The position numbers were made by a program, and so were the translations under genes. A DNA stretch of 64,000 nt from Sumerlaeia bacterium. Its GTDB lineage: Bacteria; Sumerlaeota; Sumerlaeia; SLMS01; JAHLLQ01. Positions 50,802 through 61,120 of this stretch are shown piece by piece. How positions within the stretch are numbered: the first letter of the stretch is position 1; every line of letters begins with the position of its first letter. The notes under the pieces were generated by a model. It did no database searches. It saw only the letters and a program-made list of their open reading frames with translations, and had not been told where the DNA came from. Location of the stretch: positions 1 through 64,000 of the forward strand of contig JAVJSW010000042.1 in NCBI GenBank assembly GCA_040219255.1, read 5' to 3'.

Positions 50802-50821
50802 CATGGCCATCCTTGGCCATG
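50798..50821 (+). repeat. single REP-like palindrome overlapping the typA stop
   Basis: GTAA-CATGGCCA-TCCT-TGGCCATG, same architecture as the element at 24951-24973. Confidence 0.55.
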
Positions 50822-50924
50822 ACCTGCCACGCTTTCACTCGGAATTGTCCTGACGGACTTCGAAGGATCAGTGAAGGGTTGAGCGGCTAAGGGAATCAAA
50901 GTGATCCAAGGTCACTCTTACTCC

Positions 50925-52193
50925 CTACGCCGGCTGCTTCTTCTCGCGCCGCACGTACACCGGGTCGTCGTTCCCCAGGACGGTCGCCGCGGTGATCCGC
51001 ACTTCCGAAAAGTCGTCGGAGCGCGTCGGCAGATCGAACATGATTTCCAGCATCATGCTCTCCATGATCGCGCGCAGGCTGCGCGCGCCGGTCTTCATGT
51101 CGATGGCTTGGCGGGCGATTTCGCGGATGGCTTCGTCCTCGAACGACAAATCCACGCCGTCCATCTCGAAGAGTTTTTGATACTGGCGGATCAACGCATT
51201 CTTCGGCTCCGTCAGGATTCGCACCAGCTCTTCCTCGCCCAGTTCGGTCAGCGTCGCCGCCACCGGGAAGCGTCCGACGAATTCGGGAATGAGTCCGAAC
51301 TGAATCAAATCGTGGTACGTCACCTGGGCCAGCGTCTGGCCCAGATCGACGTCCTTAGCCGACCGGATGTCGGCGCCAAAGCCCATGGTGCGCTGCTCGG
51401 TGCGGCGGCGAATGATGTCGGTCAAGCCGTTGAACGCCCCGCCCGCGATGAACAGGATGTTCGTCGTGTCCAGGCGGATGTATTCCTGGTGCGGGTGTTT
51501 GCGCCCGCCGGTGGGCGGGATGTTCGCCACGGTGCCTTCCAGGATTTTCAGCAGCGCCTGCTGCACGCCCTCGCCGGAAACGTCTCGCGTGATCGAGACG
51601 TTTTGCGTGGTGCGATGGACTTTGTCGATTTCGTCGATGTAGATGATGCCCTTCTGGGCGCGCTCGACATCGCCGTCGGCATTCTGGAGCAGCCGCAGCA
51701 GAATGTTCTCCACGTCCTCGCCCACATAGCCCGCCTGGGTCAGCGTCGTCGCGTCGGCGATGGCGAAGGGCACATCGAGCGTCCGCGCCAACGTCTGGGC
51801 CAGCAGCGTCTTGCCGCAACCGGTGGGGCCGATCAGCAGGATGTTGGACTTCTGCAACTCGACGTCATCGTCGGGGTCGCGCTCGGCGTGCGACAGTAGA
51901 CGCTTATAATGGTTGTAGACCGCGACCGAGAGCACGCGCTTGCAGCGTTCCTGGCTGATGACGTAGGAATCGAGGTTGCCGTAGATTTCCTGGGGTGAAG
52001 GCAGATTCTTGAGGGACTGCGGTTCGTTGGGTTCCGTGCGGTTGGACTCGTCGCGGCTGAGTCGCTCGTTGCAGGTCGTCACGCATTCGTCGCAAATGTA
52101 CACGCTGCCCATGCCCTCTTTGGTCGTCAGACCTTTGAAGAGGGTGCGGACCTGATGTTGATCGCGGCCGCAAAAGGAACAGCGCAAACGCAT
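50925..52193 (-). CDS. clpX: ATP-dependent Clp protease ATP-binding subunit ClpX
   Basis: CSFCG..ICDEC zinc domain, [35 protein letters not shown]. Confidence 0.97.
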   Translation of the reverse strand: MRLRCSFCGRDQHQVRTLFKGLTTKEGMGSVYICDECVTTCNERLSRDESNRTEPNEPQSLKNLPSPQEIYGNLDSYVISQERCKRVLSVAVYNHYKRLLSHAERDPDDDVELQKSNILLIGPTGCGKTLLAQTLARTLDVPFAIADATTLTQAGYVGEDVENILLRLLQNADGDVERAQKGIIYIDEIDKVHRTTQNVSITRDVSGEGVQQALLKILEGTVANIPPTGGRKHPHQEYIRLDTTNILFIAGGAFNGLTDIIRRRTEQRTMGFGADIRSAKDVDLGQTLAQVTYHDLIQFGLIPEFVGRFPVAATLTELGEEELVRILTEPKNALIRQYQKLFEMDGVDLSFEDEAIREIARQAIDMKTGARSLRAIMESMMLEIMFDLPTRSDDFSEVRITAATVLGNDDPVYVRREKKQPA

Positions 52194-52373
52194 GGTGGTC
52201 TCCCACGAAAAAGTTCACCGTCATCTAACGGGGGTGAGGACACCCGGGCAACGACAAATGGCTCTGCCGCCCCCAGAACCCACCAATAGAGCATTCTTCG
52301 TGCCCGGGGCCGATGCTGTCAATTCGCTTTACCACTGAACAATAGACCCGTTGTGACTTACGCCGTGGGCGCT

Positions 52374-53012
52374 CTACGGGGCGGGCTCTTCCACGGAAGC
52401 GGCTGCCTTCTTCTTGCCGCCGATTTTATTCTCCTCGCCCGACACAAGCCGGGCTATATTCCCGCGATGCTTCACGATCACCGCCCCGCCGATCACCACG
52501 GCCACCCAAAAAGTAGCCGTAAACCCAAGGGTTAGAGCGATCGACGCTGGGAGCGCGATGGCCGCGCAGATCGATCCGAGCGACACATAGCGCGATACCG
52601 CGAGAACGATCAGGAAAGCCGCCAGCGCAATCCCCAGCGCCACCGGCGACAATGCCAGGAACACCCCCGCCGCCGTGGCTACGCCCTTGCCACCCTTGAA
52701 TTTGAGAAAGACATTCGCCAGATTTCCAAAGATCACACAGGCCCCCACCAGCGCCGGGAAAGCCGGGTGGAGGTCCGCCGGGCAAAACGCCGGAATCGCC
52801 AGCGTCGCCCCCAGCGCCTTGCCCAGGTCGATGATCAGGACCGGGATTCCAAACTTCGGACCCATCACGCGAAGGGCATTGGTGAAGCCGATGTTCTTCG
52901 ACCCGTGATCGCGCAAGTCGATACCCCTGAACCACTTGCCGATCAGCAGACCCGTCGGGATGGCGCCGATGAAGTAGGCTAGCAGCAGCCCCAAAATGGG
53001 ATGAAACAACAT
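52374..53012 (-). CDS. plsY: glycerol-3-phosphate acyltransferase PlsY
   Basis: GSKNIGFTN..R, FKGGKGVAT, KHRGNI.RL..GEE. Confidence 0.95.
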   Translation of the reverse strand: MLFHPILGLLLAYFIGAIPTGLLIGKWFRGIDLRDHGSKNIGFTNALRVMGPKFGIPVLIIDLGKALGATLAIPAFCPADLHPAFPALVGACVIFGNLANVFLKFKGGKGVATAAGVFLALSPVALGIALAAFLIVLAVSRYVSLGSICAAIALPASIALTLGFTATFWVAVVIGGAVIVKHRGNIARLVSGEENKIGGKKKAAASVEEPAP

Positions 53013-53025
53013 CGTTCGCAGGCCC

Positions 53026-53856
53026 CTAATCGGTCCGGGATAGGGGGCGCATCAGCTCAGCCGCGGCCGCGCCCGGGTCGGGCTGACGCATCAGGCTCTC
53101 GCCCACCAGGACGGCGCTCGCCCCGGCGCCCGCCACCCGCGCCACATCGTCGGGGGTAAAGATGCCGGACTCGCTGATAAAAACAACACTGTCAGGGATC
53201 CGTGCGGCCAGACGCTCCGTCACCGCAAGGTCGACCTCGAACGTCCGCAAATCCCGGTTGTTCACGCCCAGAAGCTTCAAATTCGCGCCGCAGCCCAGCA
53301 CCTTGTCGAGATCCGCGTCGTCGTGGACCTCGACCAGGACGTCCAACCCGCAGGATTCAGCCTCGCGATGAAGCGCGGCGAGCCGGTCGCCATCGAGCGC
53401 GGCGGCGATCAGGAGGATCGCGCTGGCGCCAAAGGCTTTCGCTTCCAGGATTTGTAACTCATGGATAATGAAGTCTTTCCGCAGGAGGGGCTTGGGCGTA
53501 CCATCGGCGGAAAGTTGTTCGCGGATGGCCTTGAGATAAGCCAGGTCGCCTTGAAAAAAGTCCCGATCCGTCAGCACGGAAAGGCAGGCCGCGCCGCCTC
53601 GGGCATAGGCGCGGGCGATGGCCACGGGATCGAAGTCTGGCCGAATGAGGCCTTTGCTGGGCGAGGCCTTCTTGACTTCGGCGATCAGATGGGGGGCGCC
53701 GGGGGCGCGCAAGGCCTCGGTGAAGCTCGGCACCGGCGCCGCGTCGGCCGCCTGCTCGCGCAGACGCCCCTCGGCATGGCGCTCGTCGCTGCTGTCGCCA
53801 AACAGCGCCCGGATTTCTTCGCGTTTGCGGTTGAGAATGCGGTCCAGAATCGTCAT
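53026..53856 (-). CDS. trpC: indole-3-glycerol phosphate synthase
   Basis: IAEVKKASPSKG, SVLTD, LRKDFI, GVNNRDL, SESGI. Confidence 0.97.
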   Translation of the reverse strand: MTILDRILNRKREEIRALFGDSSDERHAEGRLREQAADAAPVPSFTEALRAPGAPHLIAEVKKASPSKGLIRPDFDPVAIARAYARGGAACLSVLTDRDFFQGDLAYLKAIREQLSADGTPKPLLRKDFIIHELQILEAKAFGASAILLIAAALDGDRLAALHREAESCGLDVLVEVHDDADLDKVLGCGANLKLLGVNNRDLRTFEVDLAVTERLAARIPDSVVFISESGIFTPDDVARVAGAGASAVLVGESLMRQPDPGAAAAELMRPLSRTD

Positions 53857-53922
53857 GGGCGGATTTTTCACCTCGCGGCGCGCGGTCCCGCAACGGGTAA
53901 ATGAGCGCGAGGTCCCCCCCGA

Positions 53923-54780
53923 ATGCAGAAAACCGCCGCGTTCGCCCGCGCTTTCCCGACACTGCTTCAACTCCCGTTAGCTCTCGCACAGACCGTGCGC
54001 ACGAATCCACTTATCGAGCGCCTTGCTCCCTGGCGCCGTCGGAGCATTTTCCTGCGAGCACTCTTCGTCACCCAAGTATGCCTCGCCGGATTCCTGATCG
54101 TCGTCATCCCGCTCCGCGCCGCTGCGCTGCTCGTCGATTTCAACGATTCCGAAGACGGATTTGTCAGAACAGCGTTGATGCTGACCTACCTGGGGAACTT
54201 CCTATGGGGATCGATTGCTCTGCCTTTGAACTTTTGCTTTTTCCGTTTTCCTTATGAGTCTCCGGAACAACTGCGAGAACTGAGGCTGACCGCCGTCACT
54301 GAGAGGGAATTACGCCAGGCATTGACATTCTGGGGCAGGGCGATGGGGAGTCTGATCCCCGCCATTTCACTCATTCTTCATCTGCCTTTGGTTTTTTTCT
54401 ACTTTATCGGATTGTTTTTCTCTTCATCAGGTGATGTGGAGGACCTGTTTAGTCTTCTTGGGCTAGTCGCTTTAAACCTAACCATTCTGCTTTCTTCGAA
54501 TTGGACCATGAATTTTCTGTGGTTCCGCAGCAGTGAAATCGGCCGGGTGGCCTGGATCGTATTCTTCCTCCCTTTCCTGATTCTTATCCTGATCGCGGCG
54601 GGGGTACTCTCTGGCCTATTGCTTACATTTATTGGCTTGGTGAACCCACCGTTTTTTGTCATGCAGACTTCGGGAATCGTTGTTGCTTGTTTAATCATGT
54701 TTTTTATCTGCAAAGTTTGGTTTCACCACAGCCAGAATGCGAGCACGACCTACTTGAGAAAACGCGCCTGGGAGGAATAG
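53923..54780 (+). CDS. hypothetical multi-pass membrane protein (ABC-2 permease-like?), paralog A
   Basis: About 6 TM helices; shares motifs with the next gene; low GC. Confidence 0.7.
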   Translation: MQKTAAFARAFPTLLQLPLALAQTVRTNPLIERLAPWRRRSIFLRALFVTQVCLAGFLIVVIPLRAAALLVDFNDSEDGFVRTALMLTYLGNFLWGSIALPLNFCFFRFPYESPEQLRELRLTAVTERELRQALTFWGRAMGSLIPAISLILHLPLVFFYFIGLFFSSSGDVEDLFSLLGLVALNLTILLSSNWTMNFLWFRSSEIGRVAWIVFFLPFLILILIAAGVLSGLLLTFIGLVNPPFFVMQTSGIVVACLIMFFICKVWFHHSQNASTTYLRKRAWEE

Positions 54781-54782
54781 CC

Positions 54783-55616
54783 ATGTTTGAACGACTCGAC
54801 GACTGGCTTCTCGCCCGCACTGGAAATCCCCTCCTGGTCTGGACGGCTCCGTGGCATCGGCGGGGAATTTTTCCAAAGCTCTTCTTGGTGTGCCAGGCGA
54901 TCATCTATCCGCTGTTTGCCTCTGTCGCATTCATCGCGTTTCTGATCGTCGAAATCGCCGATGGCCACCACATGGGTGCCAACATGTTCGTCGAGCCGAT
55001 GATGATCCTGACCTTTTTCGCAGTCTTTCTTGCTGGCTCTTTTCTGATGCCCTGGAATATGATCGTCTTTCGATTTCCCTTCGAAACCCCGGCGGTCATT
55101 CAGGAACTCATTCTGACCTCGATAACCAGGAAACACCTCGAACAGGCCAGCACCTTCTGGGGCGTTGTCTGTGGATCGATTGTACCTCTGTGGAGCATTG
55201 CTGGGCAAATGGTGATGACCGCCCTGGCCATGATATTCGAGACGACTCGTTCCTACAGAGATTACGAAATCTTCTGGGCGTTTCTTCTGATGATTTCGTT
55301 GTCCGGCGGGTTTTATCTTTGCATGTGGAAGTTTCTGAATTTTCTATGGCTTCGAACATCCGCTGGGCTTAGGCCGATGTGGGGTGTGTTGTTTTGTCCG
55401 CTCTGTATCGCCCACGGTTTAGCGAACCTTTTTGTCATCGCCTATCCCGTCGGGGCGCTCGATCGCTTTTCCCGCAACGAAGTGTTCGTTATCTCGGGCT
55501 TCATTGTCATATACGTTTCGCTGACCGCCGCCACATTCCTGCTCTGGCGGTTCCTCGCGAAGCGCGCTCGCCGGCGCGCCATCACCCGGCTGCTCAACGA
55601 AACCGGCGAGTTCTGA
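54783..55616 (+). CDS. hypothetical multi-pass membrane protein, paralog B
   Basis: GGAGG RBS; NPL...APW.RR.IF, FRFP.E.P, EL.LT, QA.TFWG, NFLW.R shared with paralog A. Confidence 0.75.
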   Translation: MFERLDDWLLARTGNPLLVWTAPWHRRGIFPKLFLVCQAIIYPLFASVAFIAFLIVEIADGHHMGANMFVEPMMILTFFAVFLAGSFLMPWNMIVFRFPFETPAVIQELILTSITRKHLEQASTFWGVVCGSIVPLWSIAGQMVMTALAMIFETTRSYRDYEIFWAFLLMISLSGGFYLCMWKFLNFLWLRTSAGLRPMWGVLFCPLCIAHGLANLFVIAYPVGALDRFSRNEVFVISGFIVIYVSLTAATFLLWRFLAKRARRRAITRLLNETGEF

Positions 55617-55628
55617 CCCGCCGCCCGG

Positions 55629-56639
55629 TCACGCCAGGGATTTCAGCAGTTCCAGCGCTTTCCCGCTCTCCTGCACTCGCCGCGCCAGCACCAAACCCTC
55701 TCGGATGTCCCGAGCCTTTCCAGCGATCCAGAGCGCCGCAGCGGCGTTCACGCAGGCCGCGTCGGCGTAGGCTCCCCCTCCCCCGCCGAGCACGTCGCGC
55801 ATGATGCCCGCGTTTTGCGCTTTGTCGCCGCCCACAAGTGCCGCCATCTCAACCGCTTGCAGACCGAGGTCGTGGGGGCTCGTGTGCCAGCGGTGGAGCT
55901 CGCCGCTCTCGTCCAGGTGCAGACCCTGCGTCACCTGCGTCATGGAAATCTCGTCCATCCCATCGGCCCCGCAAACCACCAGGGCGCCCCGCCGGCCAAG
56001 CTTTTGCAGCGCCTGAGCCACGGGCTCGATCAGTTCGGGCCGGGGCACGCCGACGATCTGGTGCGTGGGCCGCACAGGGTTCGCCAACGGGCCGCACAAA
56101 TTGAACATCGTCCGGATTTTGATGGCTGCCCGCGGAGGCCCCGCATGCCGCATCGCCGGGTGGTAGGCCCGCGCGAAGAGGAAGCAGAAGTTCTTTTCCA
56201 TCAGGTCTCTGGCCGCGTCCGCAGGGGCCTTTTCCAGGTTCACGCCGCACTCTTCCAACACGTCCGCGCTGCCGCATTTGGACGACGCGGAGCGATTGCC
56301 GTGCTTGGCCACGCGCACGCCCGCGGCCGCCACGATCAGCGCCGCCGCCGTCGAGACATTGAACGTGTGCAACCCATCGCCGCCGGTGCCGCAGGTGTCC
56401 ACGATGGGCTCGGAGCGATCGATGTCCGGAAAGGCCGTCGCGTGCTCCAGCATGACCTCGACAAACAGGCCCACTTCGCGGCCGCCTTCGCCGGCCATCC
56501 GCATCGCCGTCAGGAACGCCGCCACCTGCTCGCTCATGGCCTCGCCATCCATAATCTGGGCGGCTACGGAACGAATCAATTCGTCGGACAGCGGCTCGCC
56601 GTCGGTCAGGATTTTCAGGGCATTTTCAATCGGGGTCAT
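55629..56639 (-). CDS. trpD: anthranilate phosphoribosyltransferase
   Basis: [37 protein letters not shown]. Confidence 0.97.
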   Translation of the reverse strand: MTPIENALKILTDGEPLSDELIRSVAAQIMDGEAMSEQVAAFLTAMRMAGEGGREVGLFVEVMLEHATAFPDIDRSEPIVDTCGTGGDGLHTFNVSTAAALIVAAAGVRVAKHGNRSASSKCGSADVLEECGVNLEKAPADAARDLMEKNFCFLFARAYHPAMRHAGPPRAAIKIRTMFNLCGPLANPVRPTHQIVGVPRPELIEPVAQALQKLGRRGALVVCGADGMDEISMTQVTQGLHLDESGELHRWHTSPHDLGLQAVEMAALVGGDKAQNAGIMRDVLGGGGGAYADAACVNAAAALWIAGKARDIREGLVLARRVQESGKALELLKSLA

Positions 56640-56711
56640 GGCGCCGGAGCCTCGTTTCGCATGGGTCTAGGTTTTCCACTCCTGACCGACCGACGGGCGA
56701 GGCGCAAGGCT

Positions 56712-58475
56712 TCACTTCGCCGCTTTCGCGCGCCGTTTCCCCGCGAATTCCAGGAACGTCTCCACATCCCAGCAATTCACCACCTTGTCCTTGACGGCCC
56801 AGCCCTTGCGCGCCATCCGGACGCCGTAGGCGGTGTGCGCGAGGCCGGAAATCTTGTGGGCGTCGGGACCGATCGAGAGCATGGCGCCTTTCTCCAGCGC
56901 GTACTTGACCAGCCGCCAATCCATATCCAGCCGCATCGGGTTGGCGTTGATTTCGATGGCCACGCCTTCCTCCGCGCAGGCCGCGATGACCGCCTTCTGA
57001 TCCAAGTCGTAGCCATCGCGCCGCAGCAGCAGCCGCCCTGTCATGTGGCCCAGCACCGTTGTGAACGGGCTCCGGACCGCGCGGATGATGCGGTCGGTCT
57101 GCTCGGCCTCGGGCAGGTTGAAAACCGAATGGACCGACGCCACAACAAAGTCGAAACCCGCCAGCAAGTCGTCGTCGTAATCCAGCGAGCCATCCTTGCG
57201 GATGTCGCTTTCGATGCCCTTCAGGAGCCGGATGCCCTGCTTGGTGAACTCGGCGTTCACGGCGTCGATTTCCGCCCATTGCTCGCGGACACGGTCCGGC
57301 GAGAGCCCCCCCGCGTAGCCCGCCGACTGGCTGTGATCCGCCAGACCCATCCAGGCGATGCCGTTTTTCGCCGCCCATTCGGCGTAATCGCGCACCCGGG
57401 GCTGGCCGTCGCTGTAGTGGGTGTGCATGTGCAGCAGGCCTCGGATATCGCCCTCCTCGATCAGTTCCGGCAACTCTCCCGCCTCCGCCGCATCGCACTC
57501 GCCCATGTCCTCGCGCAGCTCCGGCGCGACCCATTGCTTCAGGCCGAGGAGCTTGTGCAGGTCGGCTTCGGACCCTGCGGGCTTGCTCTCGCCGGTTTTC
57601 TCCTCGCCTTCGGGGAAGAGGCCGTACTCGTTCAGCACCAGCCCCCGGGCGTTGGCGCGTTGGCGCATGCGGATGTTGTGCTCTTTCGATCCGGTAAAGT
57701 GCGCCAGCGCGAAGGGGTACTGCACCTCCGTGACACAGCGCAAATCCGCCTGAATGCCATCGGAGAGCACGACGCTCGACTTCGTTTTGCCCTTCGCCAG
57801 GACCCGCTCCACGGTCATGAAACCGGTGAAGGCTTTCATCACTTCCTCGGGTTTGCCGGTAGCGCAGACGAAATCGATGTCGTGCACCGTTTCTTTCCAG
57901 CGCCGCAGGCTACCCGCCGCCTCGGCGCGGATCACGGCGGGGTGGCCCTTCAACATGTCCAGCAGCGGCTCGGCGGCTTCGCGGGCTTTGTCCAGACGGA
58001 ACCGCCCGGAACCGGCCTTCACCGTCTCGATTCCCTTCAGGATGTTCTCGACGGTCTTCTTACCAAAGCCCTTCAGCCCATCCAGCTCGCCCGCTTTGGC
58101 CGCCGCCTCCAGCCCATCGAGGGTGGCGATGCCCAGCTCCTCGAAAACCGCCTTGGCCTTTTTCGCCCCAAATCCCGGAACGGTCGTCATCGTCACCAAG
58201 GATGGCGGGTATTTTTCGCGAAGCTCCTCCAGCTCGGCGAAGGTCCCTTCCTTGGCGAATTCTTTGATTTTGTCTGCGATGCCCTTGCCGATGCTGGGCA
58301 ACTCGGTCAGGGCGTTGTCTTCCAGCGCCGCCTGCACATCGTGGTTCTCGTCCAGGATTGTCTGGGCCGCCTTCTCGAAAGCCGCGGTCTTGAAGGAATT
58401 GGCTCCGGCGATCTGGAGCAAAACGGCCATTTCGTTGAACGACTCGGCGAGTCTGCGGCGATTGAGCGGTGGCAT
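56712..58475 (-). CDS. polX: DNA polymerase X / PHP-domain protein
   Basis: [13 protein letters not shown] (intact DxD), [34 protein letters not shown]. Confidence 0.95.
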   Translation of the reverse strand: MPPLNRRRLAESFNEMAVLLQIAGANSFKTAAFEKAAQTILDENHDVQAALEDNALTELPSIGKGIADKIKEFAKEGTFAELEELREKYPPSLVTMTTVPGFGAKKAKAVFEELGIATLDGLEAAAKAGELDGLKGFGKKTVENILKGIETVKAGSGRFRLDKAREAAEPLLDMLKGHPAVIRAEAAGSLRRWKETVHDIDFVCATGKPEEVMKAFTGFMTVERVLAKGKTKSSVVLSDGIQADLRCVTEVQYPFALAHFTGSKEHNIRMRQRANARGLVLNEYGLFPEGEEKTGESKPAGSEADLHKLLGLKQWVAPELREDMGECDAAEAGELPELIEEGDIRGLLHMHTHYSDGQPRVRDYAEWAAKNGIAWMGLADHSQSAGYAGGLSPDRVREQWAEIDAVNAEFTKQGIRLLKGIESDIRKDGSLDYDDDLLAGFDFVVASVHSVFNLPEAEQTDRIIRAVRSPFTTVLGHMTGRLLLRRDGYDLDQKAVIAACAEEGVAIEINANPMRLDMDWRLVKYALEKGAMLSIGPDAHKISGLAHTAYGVRMARKGWAVKDKVVNCWDVETFLEFAGKRRAKAAK

Positions 58476-58643
58476 AAAAGGAAACTCCGGCGAAAGCTTG
58501 GCTCCCCAGCAGACGCAGGGAACGGGCCCAAGGGCGAGGCGAAATTGCGCCCCGCCACACCCCTCAGACCACCGTTGACGCAACCCCCGCCGATGCGGAC
58601 GCTTCCAAGTCTTGATTTTCCGCCCCGGGAGCCGCCGCCTGCC

Positions 58644-59450
58644 ATGTCCTCCGATCAGCCCTCCGAAGCCCTTGTGCAACAGATCGCCGACCTTGTCGTG
58701 CAGACCCTCGGCAGCCGGGCCGTGGCGCCCGAGGAGGCCGCCGCGCCCAAAGCCGCTCACAAGCCTCTGCGCCCCAACCTGGAGAAGAACGGCATCGCGG
58801 CCTTTATCGACCACACGATCCTGAAGGCCGACAGCACCGAAGCCGCCGTGCGCCGCATCTGCGCCGAAGCCATCGAGCACGATTTCGCCTCGGTTTGCGT
58901 GAACACCTGCTGGGTGCCGCTCTGCGCAGAGCTTCTCGCCGACAGCGCCGTCAAGGTCTGCTGCGTCGTCGGTTTTCCGCTGGGCGCCATGTCCACGGAA
59001 GGCAAGGCCTACGAAACCGCCGACGCCATCGCCAAGGGCGCTGAGGAAATCGACATGGTGGTGCCCGTCGGCCACTTGAAGTCCGGCGACTACGCCTACG
59101 TCCAGCGTGATATCGCCTCCGTCGTGAAAGCCGCGCAAGGCCGGCCGGTGAAGGTGATTCTGGAAACGTCGATGCTGACCGATGACGAGAAGGTCGCCGC
59201 CTGCATCCTCTCCAAAGCCGCCGGTGCCGCCTTCGTCAAAACCAGCACGGGCTTCGGAGGCGGCGGCGCCACCGTCGAGGACGTGGCCCTGATGCGCAAG
59301 TCGGTTGGGGACGCGCTGGGTGTGAAAGCCAGCGGCGGCATCCGCGACGCCAAAACCGCCCACGCCATGATCGCCGCCGGAGCCGACCGCCTCGGATGCA
59401 GCGCCGGGGTGCAGATCGTGGAAGGGAAATCGGGTGGCGCTGGATATTGA
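58644..59450 (+). CDS. deoC: deoxyribose-phosphate aldolase
   Basis: [40 protein letters not shown]. Confidence 0.97.
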   Translation: MSSDQPSEALVQQIADLVVQTLGSRAVAPEEAAAPKAAHKPLRPNLEKNGIAAFIDHTILKADSTEAAVRRICAEAIEHDFASVCVNTCWVPLCAELLADSAVKVCCVVGFPLGAMSTEGKAYETADAIAKGAEEIDMVVPVGHLKSGDYAYVQRDIASVVKAAQGRPVKVILETSMLTDDEKVAACILSKAAGAAFVKTSTGFGGGGATVEDVALMRKSVGDALGVKASGGIRDAKTAHAMIAAGADRLGCSAGVQIVEGKSGGAGY

Positions 59451-59456
59451 GAAAGA

Positions 59457-59631
59457 TTTACCACGGAGACACGGAGGCACGAAGGACTAATGGGACAAAC
59501 AACCAGAAGGTATTTCCCTGTGTCCTTGCCGCCTCTGTTTTCTCCTAAGATCTTATCTGAAGTTTACGCCTTACTTTCCGCGTTCGATCTCAAACCCAAC
59601 CTTCTCCGTGTCTCTGTGCCTCCGTGGTGAA
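59457..59631. mobile_element. MITE-like element with CACGGAG-repeat terminal inverted repeats
   Basis: Left TTTACCACGGAGACACGGAGGCACGAAG; right CTTCTCCGTGTCTCTGTGCCTCCGTGGTGAA; AT-rich non-coding interior. Confidence 0.6.
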
Positions 59632-61120
59632 TTTCTCCTCCGTGAATAATCCTTCCCTCGCCTCCACCCTCGATCTCTTCCCCGCCCGCCGCGTGCTTGT
59701 GGTGGGGGATGCGATTCTGGATCATTACCTGGCCGGCAGCGTCTCGCGAACGTCGCCTGAGGCGCCCGTCCCGGTGCTGAACGTCGAACGCGAAACGTGG
59801 TTGCCCGGCGGCGCGGCGAATGTGGCGCGCAATCTCGCGGCCCAGGAAGCGCAGGCCGTGCTGGTCGGCGTCTGCGGGCGGGACGACGCGGCTCGCGAAC
59901 TGATCCGCGGTCTGGAGGCGGACCCACTCATCACGCCCCGCCTGGTCCAGGACCCGAGCCGCCCCACGACCCTGAAGACCCGCGCCATGGCCCAAGGCCA
60001 GCAGATGCTGCGGCTCGATCGCGAAGACGCAACGTCCATCTCGGAAGCGGTCGAGCAGCAGGTCCGCGCCATTGTGGCGGAAGAAATGCCACGCTGCGAC
60101 GGTGTCATTCTGAGCGATTACGCCAAGGGCCTGCTGACGCCCGCGCTGATCCGGGCCATCGTGGCCGACGCCCAGGCCGCCGGGCGCGAGGTGATCGTGG
60201 ACCCGAAAGGCCGGGACTACGCGCGCTATCGCGGCGCCGCGCTCCTGACGCCGAATAAGAAGGAAGCCCAGGACGCCACCGGACGGGTCATCAAGGGCGA
60301 ACCGAGTGCCATCGAAGCGGCTCGCGACCTGCAGGAAATCGTCGCCGGAGAAGCCATTTGCATCACCCTCGGCGGCGGCGGCGTCGGGATTTTCCCTCGC
60401 GATGGCGAACCGTCCTTTATCCCCGCGCAGGCCCGCGAGGTCTTCGATGTAACCGGAGCGGGCGATACCTTCATATCGCTGCTGGCGCTGGCACGATTCA
60501 GCGGCCTCAGCTTTGAGCAGGCGGCCCGCATCGGCAACGCCGCCGCCGGGATCGTGGTGGGACGCGCCGGCGTGGCGACGGTTCGCCGAAACGAACTGCG
60601 CGCCGACCTGCTTGGCGAAACGGGCCGCCGCAAGCGCATCGGCCGGGGCGAGCTGAAGGAAGCCTGCCGCAGCCTGGCCCTCGCGGGTAAACGCATCGTG
60701 TTCACCAATGGCTGCTTCGATTTGCTCAACGTCTGCCACATTCGCCTGCTCGAGCAGGCGCGGTCGCTGGGGGATGTGCTCGTGGTAGCGATCAACAGCG
60801 ACGCCGGCGTCCGAGCTTTGAAGGGGCCCCCGCGCCCCCTCCTGAACGCTCGCGAGCGTGCGGAACTCCTCGCCGCGCTGCCCTATGTGGACTTTGTGGT
60901 GGAATTCGAGGACGAAACGCCGGAAGCCCTCCTGCGCGACATCCAGCCCGCCATCCTGGTCAAGGGCAGCACCACCGGCGAAGTCGTCGGACGAGACATT
61001 GTCGAAAGTTACGGAGGCGAAGTGCGTTCCCTGGATCTGGGCTTTGGCCCCAAAGTGGAAGATATTCTGGCCCGCGCGGCGGTATCCCCCGCAGCGGCTA
61101 ACAAGGGAGGCCTCCAATGA
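59624..61120 (+). CDS. hldE: bifunctional heptose kinase / adenylyltransferase (start may be 59642)
   Basis: SPEAPVPV, GGAANVA, SDYAKG, DVTGAGDT; C-terminal FTNGCFDLL, INSD. Confidence 0.93.
   Translation: MVNFSSVNNPSLASTLDLFPARRVLVVGDAILDHYLAGSVSRTSPEAPVPVLNVERETWLPGGAANVARNLAAQEAQAVLVGVCGRDDAARELIRGLEADPLITPRLVQDPSRPTTLKTRAMAQGQQMLRLDREDATSISEAVEQQVRAIVAEEMPRCDGVILSDYAKGLLTPALIRAIVADAQAAGREVIVDPKGRDYARYRGAALLTPNKKEAQDATGRVIKGEPSAIEAARDLQEIVAGEAICITLGGGGVGIFPRDGEPSFIPAQAREVFDVTGAGDTFISLLALARFSGLSFEQAARIGNAAAGIVVGRAGVATVRRNELRADLLGETGRRKRIGRGELKEACRSLALAGKRIVFTNGCFDLLNVCHIRLLEQARSLGDVLVVAINSDAGVRALKGPPRPLLNARERAELLAALPYVDFVVEFEDETPEALLRDIQPAILVKGSTTGEVVGRDIVESYGGEVRSLDLGFGPKVEDILARAAVSPAAANKGGLQ

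Noticed and set aside
55815-58643. N-terminal ~940 aa of the 1211-aa plus-strand ORF
   Set aside because: Antisense shadow of trpD and polX in high-GC DNA; only the deoC part from 58644 is real
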